DNA of 31,382 nucleotides from an uncultured archaeon (GTDB lineage: Archaea > Asgardarchaeota > Lokiarchaeia > Sigyniarchaeales > SOKP01), in contig CAZGJX010000045.1 in assembly GCA_964525635.1 (NCBI GenBank), forward strand, positions 1 to 31,382, read 5' to 3'. The notes beneath the pieces are model-generated. The model was not told the origin of the DNA, ran no database searches, and saw only the letters and a program-made list of their open reading frames with translations. The translations under genes and the position numbers were made by a program. Positions 8,831 through 18,832 of the stretch are shown here, piece by piece; position 1 is the first letter of the stretch; each line of letters begins with the position of its first letter.

Positions 8831-10120
8831 TTATTTCAATGGTTTTTTTTTTATTCCTTTATCTGGATCGTGATAATATAATGTAAATGGAGGTATATCT
8901 TCATTAACTAATGTATGTGCACCAATTTGAGAAGATTCACCTATTTTTTTTCCACACATTATACTCACATTTATTCCCGTTTTAACTTTAGATCCTATTA
9001 TTGCCCCTAATTTTCTTCTATTAGAATCTATATTAGTATTCTTTATTCTAACTTTGATTTTTTTATTATCCAACCTTAAGTTGGCTATTTTTGTTCCTGC
9101 TCCAAGATTAACATCATTACAGATAATTGAATCGCCCACATAATTAAAATGAGGTATGTTTGTATTTGAAAATATAATTGAATTTTTAATTTCACTAATA
9201 CCAATATGACAATCATTTTGTATGGATGTGTAAGGACGTATAAATGCATTAGGTCCAATTATACAGTTTTTTCCTATGAAACAAGGCCCTTCTATGTAAG
9301 ATCCTGATTTAACAATTGTATTTTCGCCAATAAAAACTTGTCCATTAATAATTACATTCTCATCAATTTCTCCATTAATATTACTCTTTAATTCATCCAA
9401 TAGATATTGGTTTGCATCTAACAATTGCCATGGTAATCCTATATCATTCCAATATAGATTTTCTATTAAATATCCCTTAATTCTTCCTTTTAATTGATTT
9501 ATTAAAATGTTTATTGAATCTGTAAATTCATATTCATTTCTAACTGAAATTTGTGTTTTATCTATAGCCTCAAATATCAATGAATTAAAAATATAAATCC
9601 CTGCATTAGCAAGGTTCCCTAAATTTAAATTAGGTGATGGTTTTTCTGTAATTTTCTCTATAAAACCATCGCTATCTAAAGATATAATCCCATAATTGTT
9701 TAGTTTCTCCACTTTGAATAAAGAAATTAATCCATCTGCTTTAATTACTTTAAATGTATTAATGATATTTTCGTAAAGAAGTGGATCAACTAAGATATCT
9801 CCGTACATCATTAAAAAGGTTTCATTTTTAACAAAATCCCTTCCATAAGCAGTTGCATTTGCTGTACCTAGATATTCCTTCTGAGTTATGTATTTTATAT
9901 TTATCCCAAACCTCTTTTTTCCATCTTTAAAATAATCTTTGATTATATCCTCTTTATAACCAACGATCATTAATATTTCCTTTACTCCAGCTCTTTTTAA
10001 TCCAAAAATATTATGTTCTAATAATGGTTTATCACCAATAGGAATCATTGGTTTAGGAATAGAGGAAGTTATAGGTTTTAATCTTATACCCTCTCCAGCA
10101 GCTAATATAACGGCTTTCAT
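8831..10120 (-). CDS. glmU: Archaeal bifunctional sugar-1-phosphate nucleotidylyltransferase/acetyltransferase (GlmU-like)
   Basis: MKAVILAAGEG.RL.P.T...PKPM, EKP, W.DIG.PW.LL, hexapeptide repeats, HFNYVGDSII, GAGTKIANLR. Confidence 0.9.
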   Translation of the reverse strand: MKAVILAAGEGIRLKPITSSIPKPMIPIGDKPLLEHNIFGLKRAGVKEILMIVGYKEDIIKDYFKDGKKRFGINIKYITQKEYLGTANATAYGRDFVKNETFLMMYGDILVDPLLYENIINTFKVIKADGLISLFKVEKLNNYGIISLDSDGFIEKITEKPSPNLNLGNLANAGIYIFNSLIFEAIDKTQISVRNEYEFTDSINILINQLKGRIKGYLIENLYWNDIGLPWQLLDANQYLLDELKSNINGEIDENVIINGQVFIGENTIVKSGSYIEGPCFIGKNCIIGPNAFIRPYTSIQNDCHIGISEIKNSIIFSNTNIPHFNYVGDSIICNDVNLGAGTKIANLRLDNKKIKVRIKNTNIDSNRRKLGAIIGSKVKTGINVSIMCGKKIGESSQIGAHTLVNEDIPPFTLYYHDPDKGIKKKPLK

Positions 10121-10196
10121 GACTTATTTAATTTAATTTGATGATAATAATAAATAATCCAAATAATAATAAAAAATTCATTTTAGAGTATAAAGA

Positions 10197-11102
10197 TCAT
10201 GAGATAGCGTCTCCAATTAAATTATCCAAATATTTCTTTAAATGCTTATATGGTTTTAAATCTCCACCAAAATCTTCTGAAAGAACTGTTTCTTTAGAGA
10301 TTTTATCTTTTAATTTGATAAAAACATTATTAATTTGATTTAAGTTACCAGTTGCGACAAAATCTAAAGAATATCCATGAATATAACCATAAAGAATTAC
10401 TATATTTTCAAGTTCTTCTCTTAAATCTTTGATATGAATTTCCTTTATGTTAGTTTGTGCTCTAATTAATGTGTTCATTGCAATTGTTGCTAATTTAGCA
10501 GATAGCTTTGAACTAAAAACTTCAATTCGTTCTTCATTGGATTCTTCTTTTAATGTATCAATAAAACCAATATTATATAATTTAGAAATAATAGGTAAAC
10601 CTTGATTAGAAATCCCACAGTATAATATTTTATTTCCATTTTCAAGATTTAAATCTTGATCCTCTAAAGATTCATTAGAATTTTCTATTTTTATATCATC
10701 ATTATATTTTAATCTTATATATTCAATTGTCAATGATATCATATCATGTAACATTGAATTTTCAGAAGCTTTTTCTAATAATTTGATTGAAGAATATGAA
10801 GCTTCTATTCTCTCATGATATTCTGTAATCATATTTTGAGTTTCTTCTGATTCTATATCAAAATCTCCAGATATACAATAAAATATATTTCTATTTTCAT
10901 CAGTTATAACATGTTCAATAATGATTCCTTCATTTGTTCCATTATCTTCAAAAAAAATACTATTAAGGCGCCAAATATGATTTGGATTTATACTATGAAT
11001 TAGTTTTTCAATAAATAAAATAGTCTCAAATAATGAATATTTATCTTCATTTGAACAGTAAATAACCTCTTCATCTAATATTATTGAGAATCCTGTTATC
11101 AT
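10197..11102 (-). CDS. Hypothetical protein with probable longin/roadblock-like domains
   Basis: Two beta-beta-alpha-beta-beta-beta-alpha-like segments; the C-terminal one starts ILYCGISNQGLPIISK...LSAKLATI...IKEIHI. Confidence 0.45.
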   Translation of the reverse strand: MITGFSIILDEEVIYCSNEDKYSLFETILFIEKLIHSINPNHIWRLNSIFFEDNGTNEGIIIEHVITDENRNIFYCISGDFDIESEETQNMITEYHERIEASYSSIKLLEKASENSMLHDMISLTIEYIRLKYNDDIKIENSNESLEDQDLNLENGNKILYCGISNQGLPIISKLYNIGFIDTLKEESNEERIEVFSSKLSAKLATIAMNTLIRAQTNIKEIHIKDLREELENIVILYGYIHGYSLDFVATGNLNQINNVFIKLKDKISKETVLSEDFGGDLKPYKHLKKYLDNLIGDAIS

Positions 11103-11466
11103 TTTTGAAAAACTACTAATTCAGAATATAATGTCTAGACTATTAAATCTTAAAAATTAATGAGAATATTAATTCTTTTTTGTTTTGGCATATGTTATAT
11201 TTATTAGGATAAAAAAATGGAATTTGGTGAGAGATTAAATTAAACTACTAAAATGAGAATTAGAGTTAAATTAAATGCAGAAAATTAGTAAATATTCGTT
11301 TTAGTGGCTTTTATTCAAAATAAATAAAGAATAAAAATTATAAGGTTCATATTTAAAATGATCAATAGTAAGTTATTTTATAACATTAAAATTATGATGC
11401 TAGGTAATCACACTGAAAATCAGCACCGATATATAACTTTAAGTTTAATAATAATTAAAAATAATA

Positions 11467-12279
11467 ATGTTTTCTGAGAGAAATATGGAATTTATAAACC
11501 CTAAAGAAGAACAACAAATAAAAAAAGTATGTAATATATTATTAAATTCTTCAGATGCTGTAGCATTAACGGGTGCGGGTATATCTACTAATTCAGGTAT
11601 ACCTGATTTTAGAGGAGAAGGAGGTATATGGGAAAAATACAAACCAGAAATATATGGAAGTATAAAAGCATTTCAAAAAGATCCAATGAAATTTTGGAAA
11701 ATGGCAAAAAAAATTGCTCCAAAATTATTTTCAGCAGAACCTAATCCAGGCCATTATGCATTAGCAGAGTTAGAAAAAGTAAATATTATAAAAGCAATAA
11801 TAACACAAAATATAGACCAATTACATCAAAAAGCAGGCTCTATCGTAGTCTATGAAATTCATGGTAATATTAATAGTTGTATTTGTCTTAATTGTAAAAT
11901 TAGTTATCCAAAAAAAAAATGTATTCAAATAAAGAAGAAAGAAAATTCTTTTCCACCTAGATGTGAAATTTGTTCTGCTCCTTTAAAACCTTCAATAGTT
12001 TTATTTGGCGAAAATATATCTACTTTTGAATTCTTCAAATCCCAATCATTAGCAAAAACTGCAGATGTAATACTTATAGCAGGATCATCTCTTTTAGTCA
12101 ATCCTGTTGCAAAATTACCATTGTATACTTTAAATAATGGAGGTAAAATAATAATTATTAATGATCAAAAGACATATTTAGATGAGAAAGCTGAAGTTAT
12201 TATCCATAATAAAACCGAAATTATATTGCCATTGATCGTAGAAGAAATAAAAAGAAAAAAAAATCTTGTCAGAAAATAA
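11467..12279 (+). CDS. cobB: NAD-dependent protein deacylase (sirtuin)
   Basis: LTGAGISTNSGIPDFRG, PNPGH, ITQNIDQLH, EIHG, CLNC/CEIC zinc site, LKPSIVLFGE, GSSL.V.P. Confidence 0.95.
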   Translation: MFSERNMEFINPKEEQQIKKVCNILLNSSDAVALTGAGISTNSGIPDFRGEGGIWEKYKPEIYGSIKAFQKDPMKFWKMAKKIAPKLFSAEPNPGHYALAELEKVNIIKAIITQNIDQLHQKAGSIVVYEIHGNINSCICLNCKISYPKKKCIQIKKKENSFPPRCEICSAPLKPSIVLFGENISTFEFFKSQSLAKTADVILIAGSSLLVNPVAKLPLYTLNNGGKIIIINDQKTYLDEKAEVIIHNKTEIILPLIVEEIKRKKNLVRK

Positions 12280-12330
12280 AATTATTCCTATAAATGATTT
12301 AATATTATATTTATTCTTTTAATAGTAGTA

Positions 12331-13920
12331 ATGAATTATGAATATAATACGATCATAAAAGATTGGCGGAATATAGATCTTTCTTTTGGATTGGTTTATC
12401 CAAATGTCTATAAAATAGGGATGTCATCATATACAATTCGATTTCTTTATTCTTTTATTAATTCTTTTAATAATATAGTTTGTGAACGATTTTTTCTTCC
12501 TGAAAAGAAGAGATTTCCAGCGTCGAAGGATTATCAATCTGAAGATTATATAAGAAGTGTTGAAAATAAAATTCCTCCAAAAAGATTTGATATATTAGGT
12601 CTCTCAATTCAATTTGAAAATGATTATAAGAATATTTTATGGTTTTTAGAAAAAGCAGGAATACCTATTTCTAATAAGATACGAATGAAAGAAATAATTA
12701 AAAATAAATCATATTATCCATTGATAATTGGCGGAGGACCAGTAATTAAATCAAATCCAATACCATTAAGTGAAATATTTGATGTTTGTTTTATTGGAGA
12801 TGCTGAACCAAATTTACCATCTTTCCTTAAATCATTTATCGATTACAAATTCAATAATCATAATTTAGAAGTATATCTAAAGAATCTTTTAAATATAAAA
12901 GGTCTATATATCCCAATATTAAATAATAAAGTAGAGAGAATATTTATAGAAGATCTTAATAATTCTCCAATTCCTATTGATCAAATAAGAGCAGAAATGA
13001 CATCAAATAAGAAAGTATTTGAAGAAAGTTTTTTTATTGAAGTAAATAGAGGTTGTCCATATCAATGCAAATTTTGTATATCATCCCATCATAATTCACC
13101 ATTTAGAAATAGAAGTCTTAATGAAATAAAAGAAGTTATAGAAAAAGCAGTTAATAATTCAGAATTTACTACAATAAGTTTAATAGGTTCTTGCATATCT
13201 GCTCATCCTAATTTCTATGAAATATGTGAATTTATTATTAACAAGGAGAAAAGGATAACTATTCCATCTATCAGAATAGATCACTTATCTCCAAAAATAA
13301 TAGATATTCTCGAAAAAGGAAATATAAAGACAATCACAATAGCTCCCGAAACGGGTTCAGAAAATCTACGATATCAACTTGGTAAAAAGATCTCAAATGA
13401 AAAAATTCACAATATATTCAATCTTATAAAAAATTCTAAAATTAAAAATGTTAAAATGTACTTTCTAATTGGAATTCCTAATGAAAAAAAGAGTGATATA
13501 GAGAGTATAATTAATATGATAGAAGATATTGATAAATTAAGGTTTGGTAAAAACGCTATTAGAGTTAGTATCAATCCTCTTATCCCAAAATTAAATACCC
13601 CATATGAAAAAGAAGTAGATATTTTTCTCGAAGAATATAAATTCAATTTAAAAATGAAATTTGATTTAATTCAAAGAAAATTAAAAAAATTAGCATCAGT
13701 CAATTTAAAGCTTCAAAATATTAATAGTCTAATAAAAAATGCAAAATTACAAACCTTAATTTCATTGGGAAATCAAAAAGTATCAAAACTTCTAATTAAT
13801 TACTACCAAAATGGTGCAAATTTTGGTGCTTTAAGGAAATCAGAAAAAATTATCAATTTCTCTATAAACGATTATTTCCTTAAAGTAAAAAATTGTTATA
13901 GTCCTTGGTTACTAAATTAG
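12331..13920 (+). CDS. Radical SAM protein with N-terminal B12-binding-like domain (TIGR03960-like)
   Basis: YPN.Y.IGMS, CER.F.P, IIGGGP, IGDAE, EVNRGCPYQCKFC (CX3CX2C), TIAPETGSE.LR, KMYFLIGIP.E, PK.NTP. Confidence 0.88.
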   Translation: MNYEYNTIIKDWRNIDLSFGLVYPNVYKIGMSSYTIRFLYSFINSFNNIVCERFFLPEKKRFPASKDYQSEDYIRSVENKIPPKRFDILGLSIQFENDYKNILWFLEKAGIPISNKIRMKEIIKNKSYYPLIIGGGPVIKSNPIPLSEIFDVCFIGDAEPNLPSFLKSFIDYKFNNHNLEVYLKNLLNIKGLYIPILNNKVERIFIEDLNNSPIPIDQIRAEMTSNKKVFEESFFIEVNRGCPYQCKFCISSHHNSPFRNRSLNEIKEVIEKAVNNSEFTTISLIGSCISAHPNFYEICEFIINKEKRITIPSIRIDHLSPKIIDILEKGNIKTITIAPETGSENLRYQLGKKISNEKIHNIFNLIKNSKIKNVKMYFLIGIPNEKKSDIESIINMIEDIDKLRFGKNAIRVSINPLIPKLNTPYEKEVDIFLEEYKFNLKMKFDLIQRKLKKLASVNLKLQNINSLIKNAKLQTLISLGNQKVSKLLINYYQNGANFGALRKSEKIINFSINDYFLKVKNCYSPWLLN

Positions 13921-14045
13921 ACATTTTTTTTTTCCTTGAAGATGATACATTTTTAAATCAATATAGACTAAATAATCCTTAAATAAAGAATAATTATCAA
14001 ATTTTCTTTTATTACTTTACTAATAGAAAAAAAAAGGATTCTAAA

Positions 14046-14358
14046 ATGAATAATTAAAAAATTGATATAAAATGTGATGATATTGACATCTTAATTGATG
14101 AATTTATTGAATCATTTGATCCTGCTTATTATTATCATACAAATCCTGATACTAAAAAAGTTAGATTATTTATATTTGAAAATTTTTCTTTTTTTTTTGC
14201 TGGAAAGTATTCAGCAATTATTATTATAGAATATGAGGAAAATAACATTTATTATATTGAAATTATAACCTGTGGAGGAATGAGTAGTGGGGGTTGAAAT
14301 GAAAGTTGTAAATAAAGTACCTAGTTTCTTTTTGGATAGATCAGAGGGAGTAAAATAA
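14046..14358 (+). pseudogene. Decayed small gene, DUF6054-like
   Basis: AAGGA then ATG AAT AAT TAA (stop at codon 4), followed by an open frame KIDIKCDDIDILIDEFIESFDPAYYY...RLFIFENFSFFFAGKYSAIIIIEY...IEIITCGGMSSG. A +1 shift at G5 (14289-14293) continues VEMKVVNKVPSFFLDRSEGVK*. Confidence 0.55.
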
Positions 14359-14464
14359 AAATTATATTTACATACTTTTTTTTTAGAAAAAACAAAATTA
14401 TCTTAATCGTAATGAGATATTCTCGAAATTTCCTAATAAAAAAAAATACAAAATATAAAATAGA

Positions 14465-14968
14465 CTATTCAATTTTGTTAAATGCTTTTTTTGCAGCTCC
14501 ACATACGGGACATTTATCTGGTGCTTCTCCTTCTACTGTATAACCACAAATAGGACAAACATATATATCTTGTTTTTGTAAATCTTCTCCCTTTTCAGCA
14601 GCCTCTAATGCCTTAGAATATAATTCATGATGTACTTTTTCAACTTGATTAGCAAAATTAAATGTTTTTTTCGCATCTAAGTTGTTTTCTTCTTCTGCAT
14701 CTTTCAAGAATTCAGGATACATTTTAGTAAATTCATAATGTTCACCTTCTATCGCAGCCTTTAAGTTTTCGATTGTAGTTTTAATTCCTCCCATAGTTTT
14801 TAGATGATTAAGGGCATGAACAGTCTCAGCTTCTGCTGCTGCCCTGAATATTCTTGCTATTTGTGGAAGTCCATCTTGATCTGCTTTTTTAGCAAAAGCT
14901 AAATACTTTCGATTTGCTTGGCTTTCCCCAGAAAAAGCGTCTTTTAAATTTTCTTTAGTTTTATCCAT
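14465..14968 (-). CDS. rbr: Rubrerythrin
   Basis: T.ENLKDAFSGESQANRKY, AETVHA, GEHYE...MYP, EKVH, CPICGY...CPVCG; start placed at ATG 14968. Confidence 0.95.
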   Translation of the reverse strand: MDKTKENLKDAFSGESQANRKYLAFAKKADQDGLPQIARIFRAAAEAETVHALNHLKTMGGIKTTIENLKAAIEGEHYEFTKMYPEFLKDAEEENNLDAKKTFNFANQVEKVHHELYSKALEAAEKGEDLQKQDIYVCPICGYTVEGEAPDKCPVCGAAKKAFNKIE

Positions 14969-15100
14969 ATTCAATCACATTTTTATATTTAAATAAATTT
15001 GGTTTGTATTGTATTTTAAATTAGGTATTATGAAAAAAAAATAATTAAGTTTAAAATTATATGAATTTGTTATTATGTAATCATATTTTCTATATAATAA

Positions 15101-15895
15101 TTATTTTTCATAGATACTCTTGAGAGATTTAATTATTTTTCTCGATAAATGTTCAGCAATGCCAAAATTAGTTTTAATATCAAAAATAAGTATTAAAAAA
15201 TGAGTTTTATTAATATATTCAGTATAAACTAACTCTTTATTTGAAGTAAAAAATAATCTTAAAATTGAATTATTATATATTTTTATTCTAAAATCTAATT
15301 GACATAATAATCTTTTTAGCTTTATTTGATTCAAAGAACTAAATACAATTTTATCTTTATTATTTAATAAAACCATCCCCTCTATCTCATTTTCTAAATG
15401 AAAATTCTTTAGGAATTTAATTATTTCTTTTTCCTTGGTTTTATCATAGCTATCGAATTTTTCCCCAATTAAATCATCTATAAACTTATTTATATTATCA
15501 TCATTAATGCATTCAACATTAATATTGATCTTATTTTCTACTACATAATCTCTAAGACGTTCATCTATTTTATTGATATATTCATTTAATAAAATTAGAT
15601 TTTGTTTTGAATGGCAGAGAAAACCATAGAAAAAAAAATCACGTTGTATTATAACTATTTTTACATTATTTATATTTATTGTTTTAAGCTTTTTTCCGAC
15701 CATCTCTAATGAAAAAGAAATTAATGCAGAACAAAACGCAGAAAGTAAATTATCATTCATTCTGTACATGCCTGTGAAGTTTCTACTATATAAACAAATA
15801 CCTGCTTTATTAAAAACAAAGAAATAATGTATATTAAGTAATTCAATTGATTTCTTGATGTTATTTGTTATAACAGAGTTATCATTTAAAGTCAC
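15101..15895 (-). CDS. Longin plus roadblock domain fusion protein
   Basis: N-terminal YFFVFNKAGICLYSRNF...NLLSAFCSALISFSLE...LKTI (longin); C-terminal IEGMVLLNNKDKIVFSSL...FLILIFD..TNFG (roadblock). Confidence 0.65.
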   Translation of the reverse strand: MTLNDNSVITNNIKKSIELLNIHYFFVFNKAGICLYSRNFTGMYRMNDNLLSAFCSALISFSLEMVGKKLKTININNVKIVIIQRDFFFYGFLCHSKQNLILLNEYINKIDERLRDYVVENKININVECINDDNINKFIDDLIGEKFDSYDKTKEKEIIKFLKNFHLENEIEGMVLLNNKDKIVFSSLNQIKLKRLLCQLDFRIKIYNNSILRLFFTSNKELVYTEYINKTHFLILIFDIKTNFGIAEHLSRKIIKSLKSIYEK

Positions 15896-16351
15896 ATTTA
15901 TTTTTTCATATTAAACTATAAAAAAACCTCTTTTCTTTATGAGATTTTTAAAAATTTCTAAAATGAAAAGAATAGTAGTTTTGTTCAATTTTATGTTTTT
16001 TTAAACTCTAAAATTAAAATGAATAAAATTAACCTTATTTATTATATCCTTTATTTTTTTTTTCTTTAGAACAATCGAGATTAAATTGTTGAGTATATGA
16101 TGAATATATTTTTGTAATGTAATTGAGAATTTATAAATAATCATTTAAAAGGCATTTAAAACCATTTTAATATCTTCAATTATAAGAATCTTGTCATTTG
16201 AGCCCTATTTCCCATTATTTCAACCTTTTATAGAATGCGTTATTGAATCTTTTATTAACATTCTATGATAACTTAACCTCTAAATTTAAATATAAGCATG
16301 ATAAATTAATAATTAAATACTTAAAAAAAAACATATTAAAAATTAATATTT

Positions 16352-16356
16352 GGAGG
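16352..16356 (+). promoter_or_regulatory. Shine-Dalgarno site of the histone gene
   Basis: GGAGG ends 9 nt before ATG 16366. Confidence 0.7.
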
Positions 16357-16365
16357 AATATAAAA

Positions 16366-16584
16366 ATGGCTAAAAAACCAGCAGCAGCAAAACCATCAGC
16401 TAGTAGCGATGTTTTATTCGTTAAAAGTAAAATCAGAGATTATATCAAATCAAAAGGATGCAATACCAGTGGAGATGTAATTGATGGTAAAGTTCTAAAT
16501 GGTAGAGTAATTGAACTTCTTGATAAAGCAGTCGCTAGAGCTAAAGCAAATGGTAGAAAGACTGTACAAGAAAAAGATCTTTAA
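16366..16584 (+). CDS. Short-alpha3 histone-fold protein (Bd0055/face-to-face-like) with N-terminal tail, 72 aa
   Basis: True start is ATG 16366, after GGAGG. VLFVKSKIRDYIKSKGCNTS.D.....LLDKAVARAKANGRKTVQEKDL carries the histone RKTV..D L2 motif and ends right after it. Confidence 0.85.
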   Translation: MAKKPAAAKPSASSDVLFVKSKIRDYIKSKGCNTSGDVIDGKVLNGRVIELLDKAVARAKANGRKTVQEKDL

Positions 16585-16620
16585 GGATATAATTATAAGA
16601 TCTTTATATAATAATAATTG

Positions 16621-16636
16621 TTTTTTTTTTTTTTTT
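16621..16636 (+). terminator. Oligo-T archaeal terminator
   Basis: T16 run 36 nt after the histone stop. Confidence 0.6.
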
Positions 16637-16892
16637 GTAATTGATATATTCAATTTAATTATTTATTGTCAGTAATTAACAAGGACTAGCATTTGAGGAT
16701 AATTAAACAGATCTAATTAAAAATTACTAAATCTTTTAGGTGTTTAAATTAATATTAATAAAAGCATTATTAAGTAAATACACATAATCTTTTAGGATAG
16801 AGAATAAATAAAAAATCATAAAAAAAATCGCCTTTTAATGGTCTCTTTATATTTTTATGCCTAGATTTTTTATTTAAAATTCTCTTATTCTT

Positions 16893-17426
16893 TTACTCTT
16901 TTGATAAATGTTCCACTTTATCAATAATAAAAAAACCTATTGATAAAACACTTGTCAAACGTTCAAGATTCTCTTTTAGTTTCTTTACTCTTTCATATGA
17001 ACCAGAAACTGCTATAATTTCCATACATTTTTCAAATTCTAAATGTATATGCATATTCGAGATGATAACATCAGAAAAATGATGTTGTATATCATTATTT
17101 AAAATAAAATCTGTTTGATGCACATTTGCATAGATAGGTTGAGAACTATAATTATGTTCATGATCAATTGATTCTTTTTCATGATGATCTTCTTCATCAG
17201 AATGTACATGATCTTCTGTGAAATGTTTATAGGTCATTATTAATGAAATGCAACCTATAACATTATCAGATATCTTTGATAGATTTTCCTGATTAGACAT
17301 ATAAGTATACATAGCTTTTCTTACGGCATTTGATCTAGAAATATCTAATTTCTCTCTGTATTTTTCAAATTCCTCATATAAATCTGGAGGTAATGAAACA
17401 GTAAATCGTTTATATTCTTCACTCAT
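16893..17426 (-). CDS. nikR: NikR-like nickel-responsive regulator with His/acidic insertion
   Basis: RFTVSLP..L...F......SRS.AVR (ribbon-helix-helix); QH, HIH and C.E Ni ligands (IQHHF...MHIHLEFEKCMEIIAV.G); HFTEDHVHSDEEDHHEKESIDHEH insertion. Confidence 0.8.
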   Translation of the reverse strand: MSEEYKRFTVSLPPDLYEEFEKYREKLDISRSNAVRKAMYTYMSNQENLSKISDNVIGCISLIMTYKHFTEDHVHSDEEDHHEKESIDHEHNYSSQPIYANVHQTDFILNNDIQHHFSDVIISNMHIHLEFEKCMEIIAVSGSYERVKKLKENLERLTSVLSIGFFIIDKVEHLSKE

Positions 17427-17475
17427 TATTTATACAATTTAATTAATAAAAATGTATATTCTTTTTAACTATATC

Positions 17476-18210
17476 TTATTTTCTTATAAATATAGCAATA
17501 GGAACACTTGCTTCTCTCCATTGAGCTATTTTTCCAGAGTATTCAAAGTTCATCCTGCTCCTTCCATGATCGCCTAGAATAATCATTAAGGAATTCTTTC
17601 TAAGTTGTTTATAATTGCTTATAAGCCATTTATCTGTTCTATTAATTAATTTTTCAATTAGATCTTCAGGAGTTTGTCGTCTTAATCTTTGTTGTTGTTT
17701 ATGAAGATTTTCAAAATCTAAATAATGCATCCAAGAGAGATCATACTTATTAATTGCTTTAGCAGATTCAATCCATGTTGCCATATCTGTATCTTTTGGT
17801 ATTGAGGTAGTACCTCCATCATACCTTTCAAGATCCTTTTTACGAGCAATAAAACATGTCTTTTTTCCACTATCATTCATATATTTTAGAAAGTGGAATC
17901 CATTTGGAGTAACTTCAAATCCACCATACATTATTTGATGGAGTACACCCAAAGTATAAGGATTTTTTGTACTTAATAATAACATTACCTCTGAATTCGT
18001 TATCATGAAGGATGGTTTGAAATAGGTAATCTCGAATAAACCAAAATTATCCAATAGATTTATGCTTACCCTTTCTATCCCTTTATACATCTCTACAATA
18101 GCCTCTATTGGTTTGGGAATTTTATCAGAGGGAAATTTAACATTAAATAAATCCAGAATTGTGGCTGGTACCTGTGAAAGATAACCTTTTATTGTTTTGA
18201 GTTCACTCAT
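17476..18210 (-). CDS. Compact alkaline-phosphatase-superfamily (PglZ/nucleotide pyrophosphatase-like) protein
   Basis: LSQVPATILDL, INLLDNFG, WMHYLDFE.LH, IILGDHG and VPIAI motifs. Confidence 0.6.
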   Translation of the reverse strand: MSELKTIKGYLSQVPATILDLFNVKFPSDKIPKPIEAIVEMYKGIERVSINLLDNFGLFEITYFKPSFMITNSEVMLLLSTKNPYTLGVLHQIMYGGFEVTPNGFHFLKYMNDSGKKTCFIARKKDLERYDGGTTSIPKDTDMATWIESAKAINKYDLSWMHYLDFENLHKQQQRLRRQTPEDLIEKLINRTDKWLISNYKQLRKNSLMIILGDHGRSRMNFEYSGKIAQWREASVPIAIFIRK

Positions 18211-18470
18211 TAGAAGTCATGCCAAAATAATTAATGTGTTTTATTAATCTAGTTATTTTTATTATTATTATAATAAAAACAATTTAATTATTTTTATTTA
18301 TACATATTTCTTTATTAAAAATATAAATTTACACTCTTATTTCATTATCTATATAATATTTGAATAAATACGAAATAAAAGAATAAATGAATCTTATGAT
18401 ATTTAATATTATTAAAAATGAAATTTTATAATGTAAATATGTTTAAAAATAAATAAATTAAAGATATATT

Positions 18471-18710
18471 ATGAATGCGAAAAAAAAAATAAATCTTATT
18501 GATCAGATATTAGAAAGATGGGAAGAAGGAACATGTTTTTATTGTGGTGGTATATTAAATGGTAATATGATAGATGAAGATTATGATGATATGAATTCAG
18601 ATACATACTGTCAATATTGTGGAAAAGATGTTGATCCTTACGATGAATGGGATAATAATTGCTTGAATGCAATTGAAAAAGTTATGAAAAACGAGAGATT
18701 TACCCCCTAG
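18471..18710 (+). CDS. Small acidic zinc-ribbon protein
   Basis: CFYC...CQYC pairs, 79 aa. Confidence 0.65.
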   Translation: MNAKKKINLIDQILERWEEGTCFYCGGILNGNMIDEDYDDMNSDTYCQYCGKDVDPYDEWDNNCLNAIEKVMKNERFTP

Positions 18711-18832
18711 CAATCATTTGATTATAAAAATCTATTTTTTTATTCAATAAACTTATGAAAACTAATGGGAAAATAATAGGAAAATAATAGATAGTAAGAA
18801 ATAATCTTATTTACAATAACAAGAGGGATTAA

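Noticed and set aside
11394-11478. C/D-box-like ATGATGC-N12-CTGA
   Set aside because: Box C is imperfect, there is no convincing C'/D pair at a proper spacing, and I could not identify a guide target.
16243-16365. 41-aa N-terminal extension of the histone ORF from TTG
   Set aside because: Low-complexity AT-rich translation; a clear GGAGG SD precedes ATG 16366.
18770-18790. Tandem AAAATAATAG repeat upstream of larC as a NikR operator
   Set aside because: Low-complexity direct repeat, whereas NikR operators are spaced inverted repeats.
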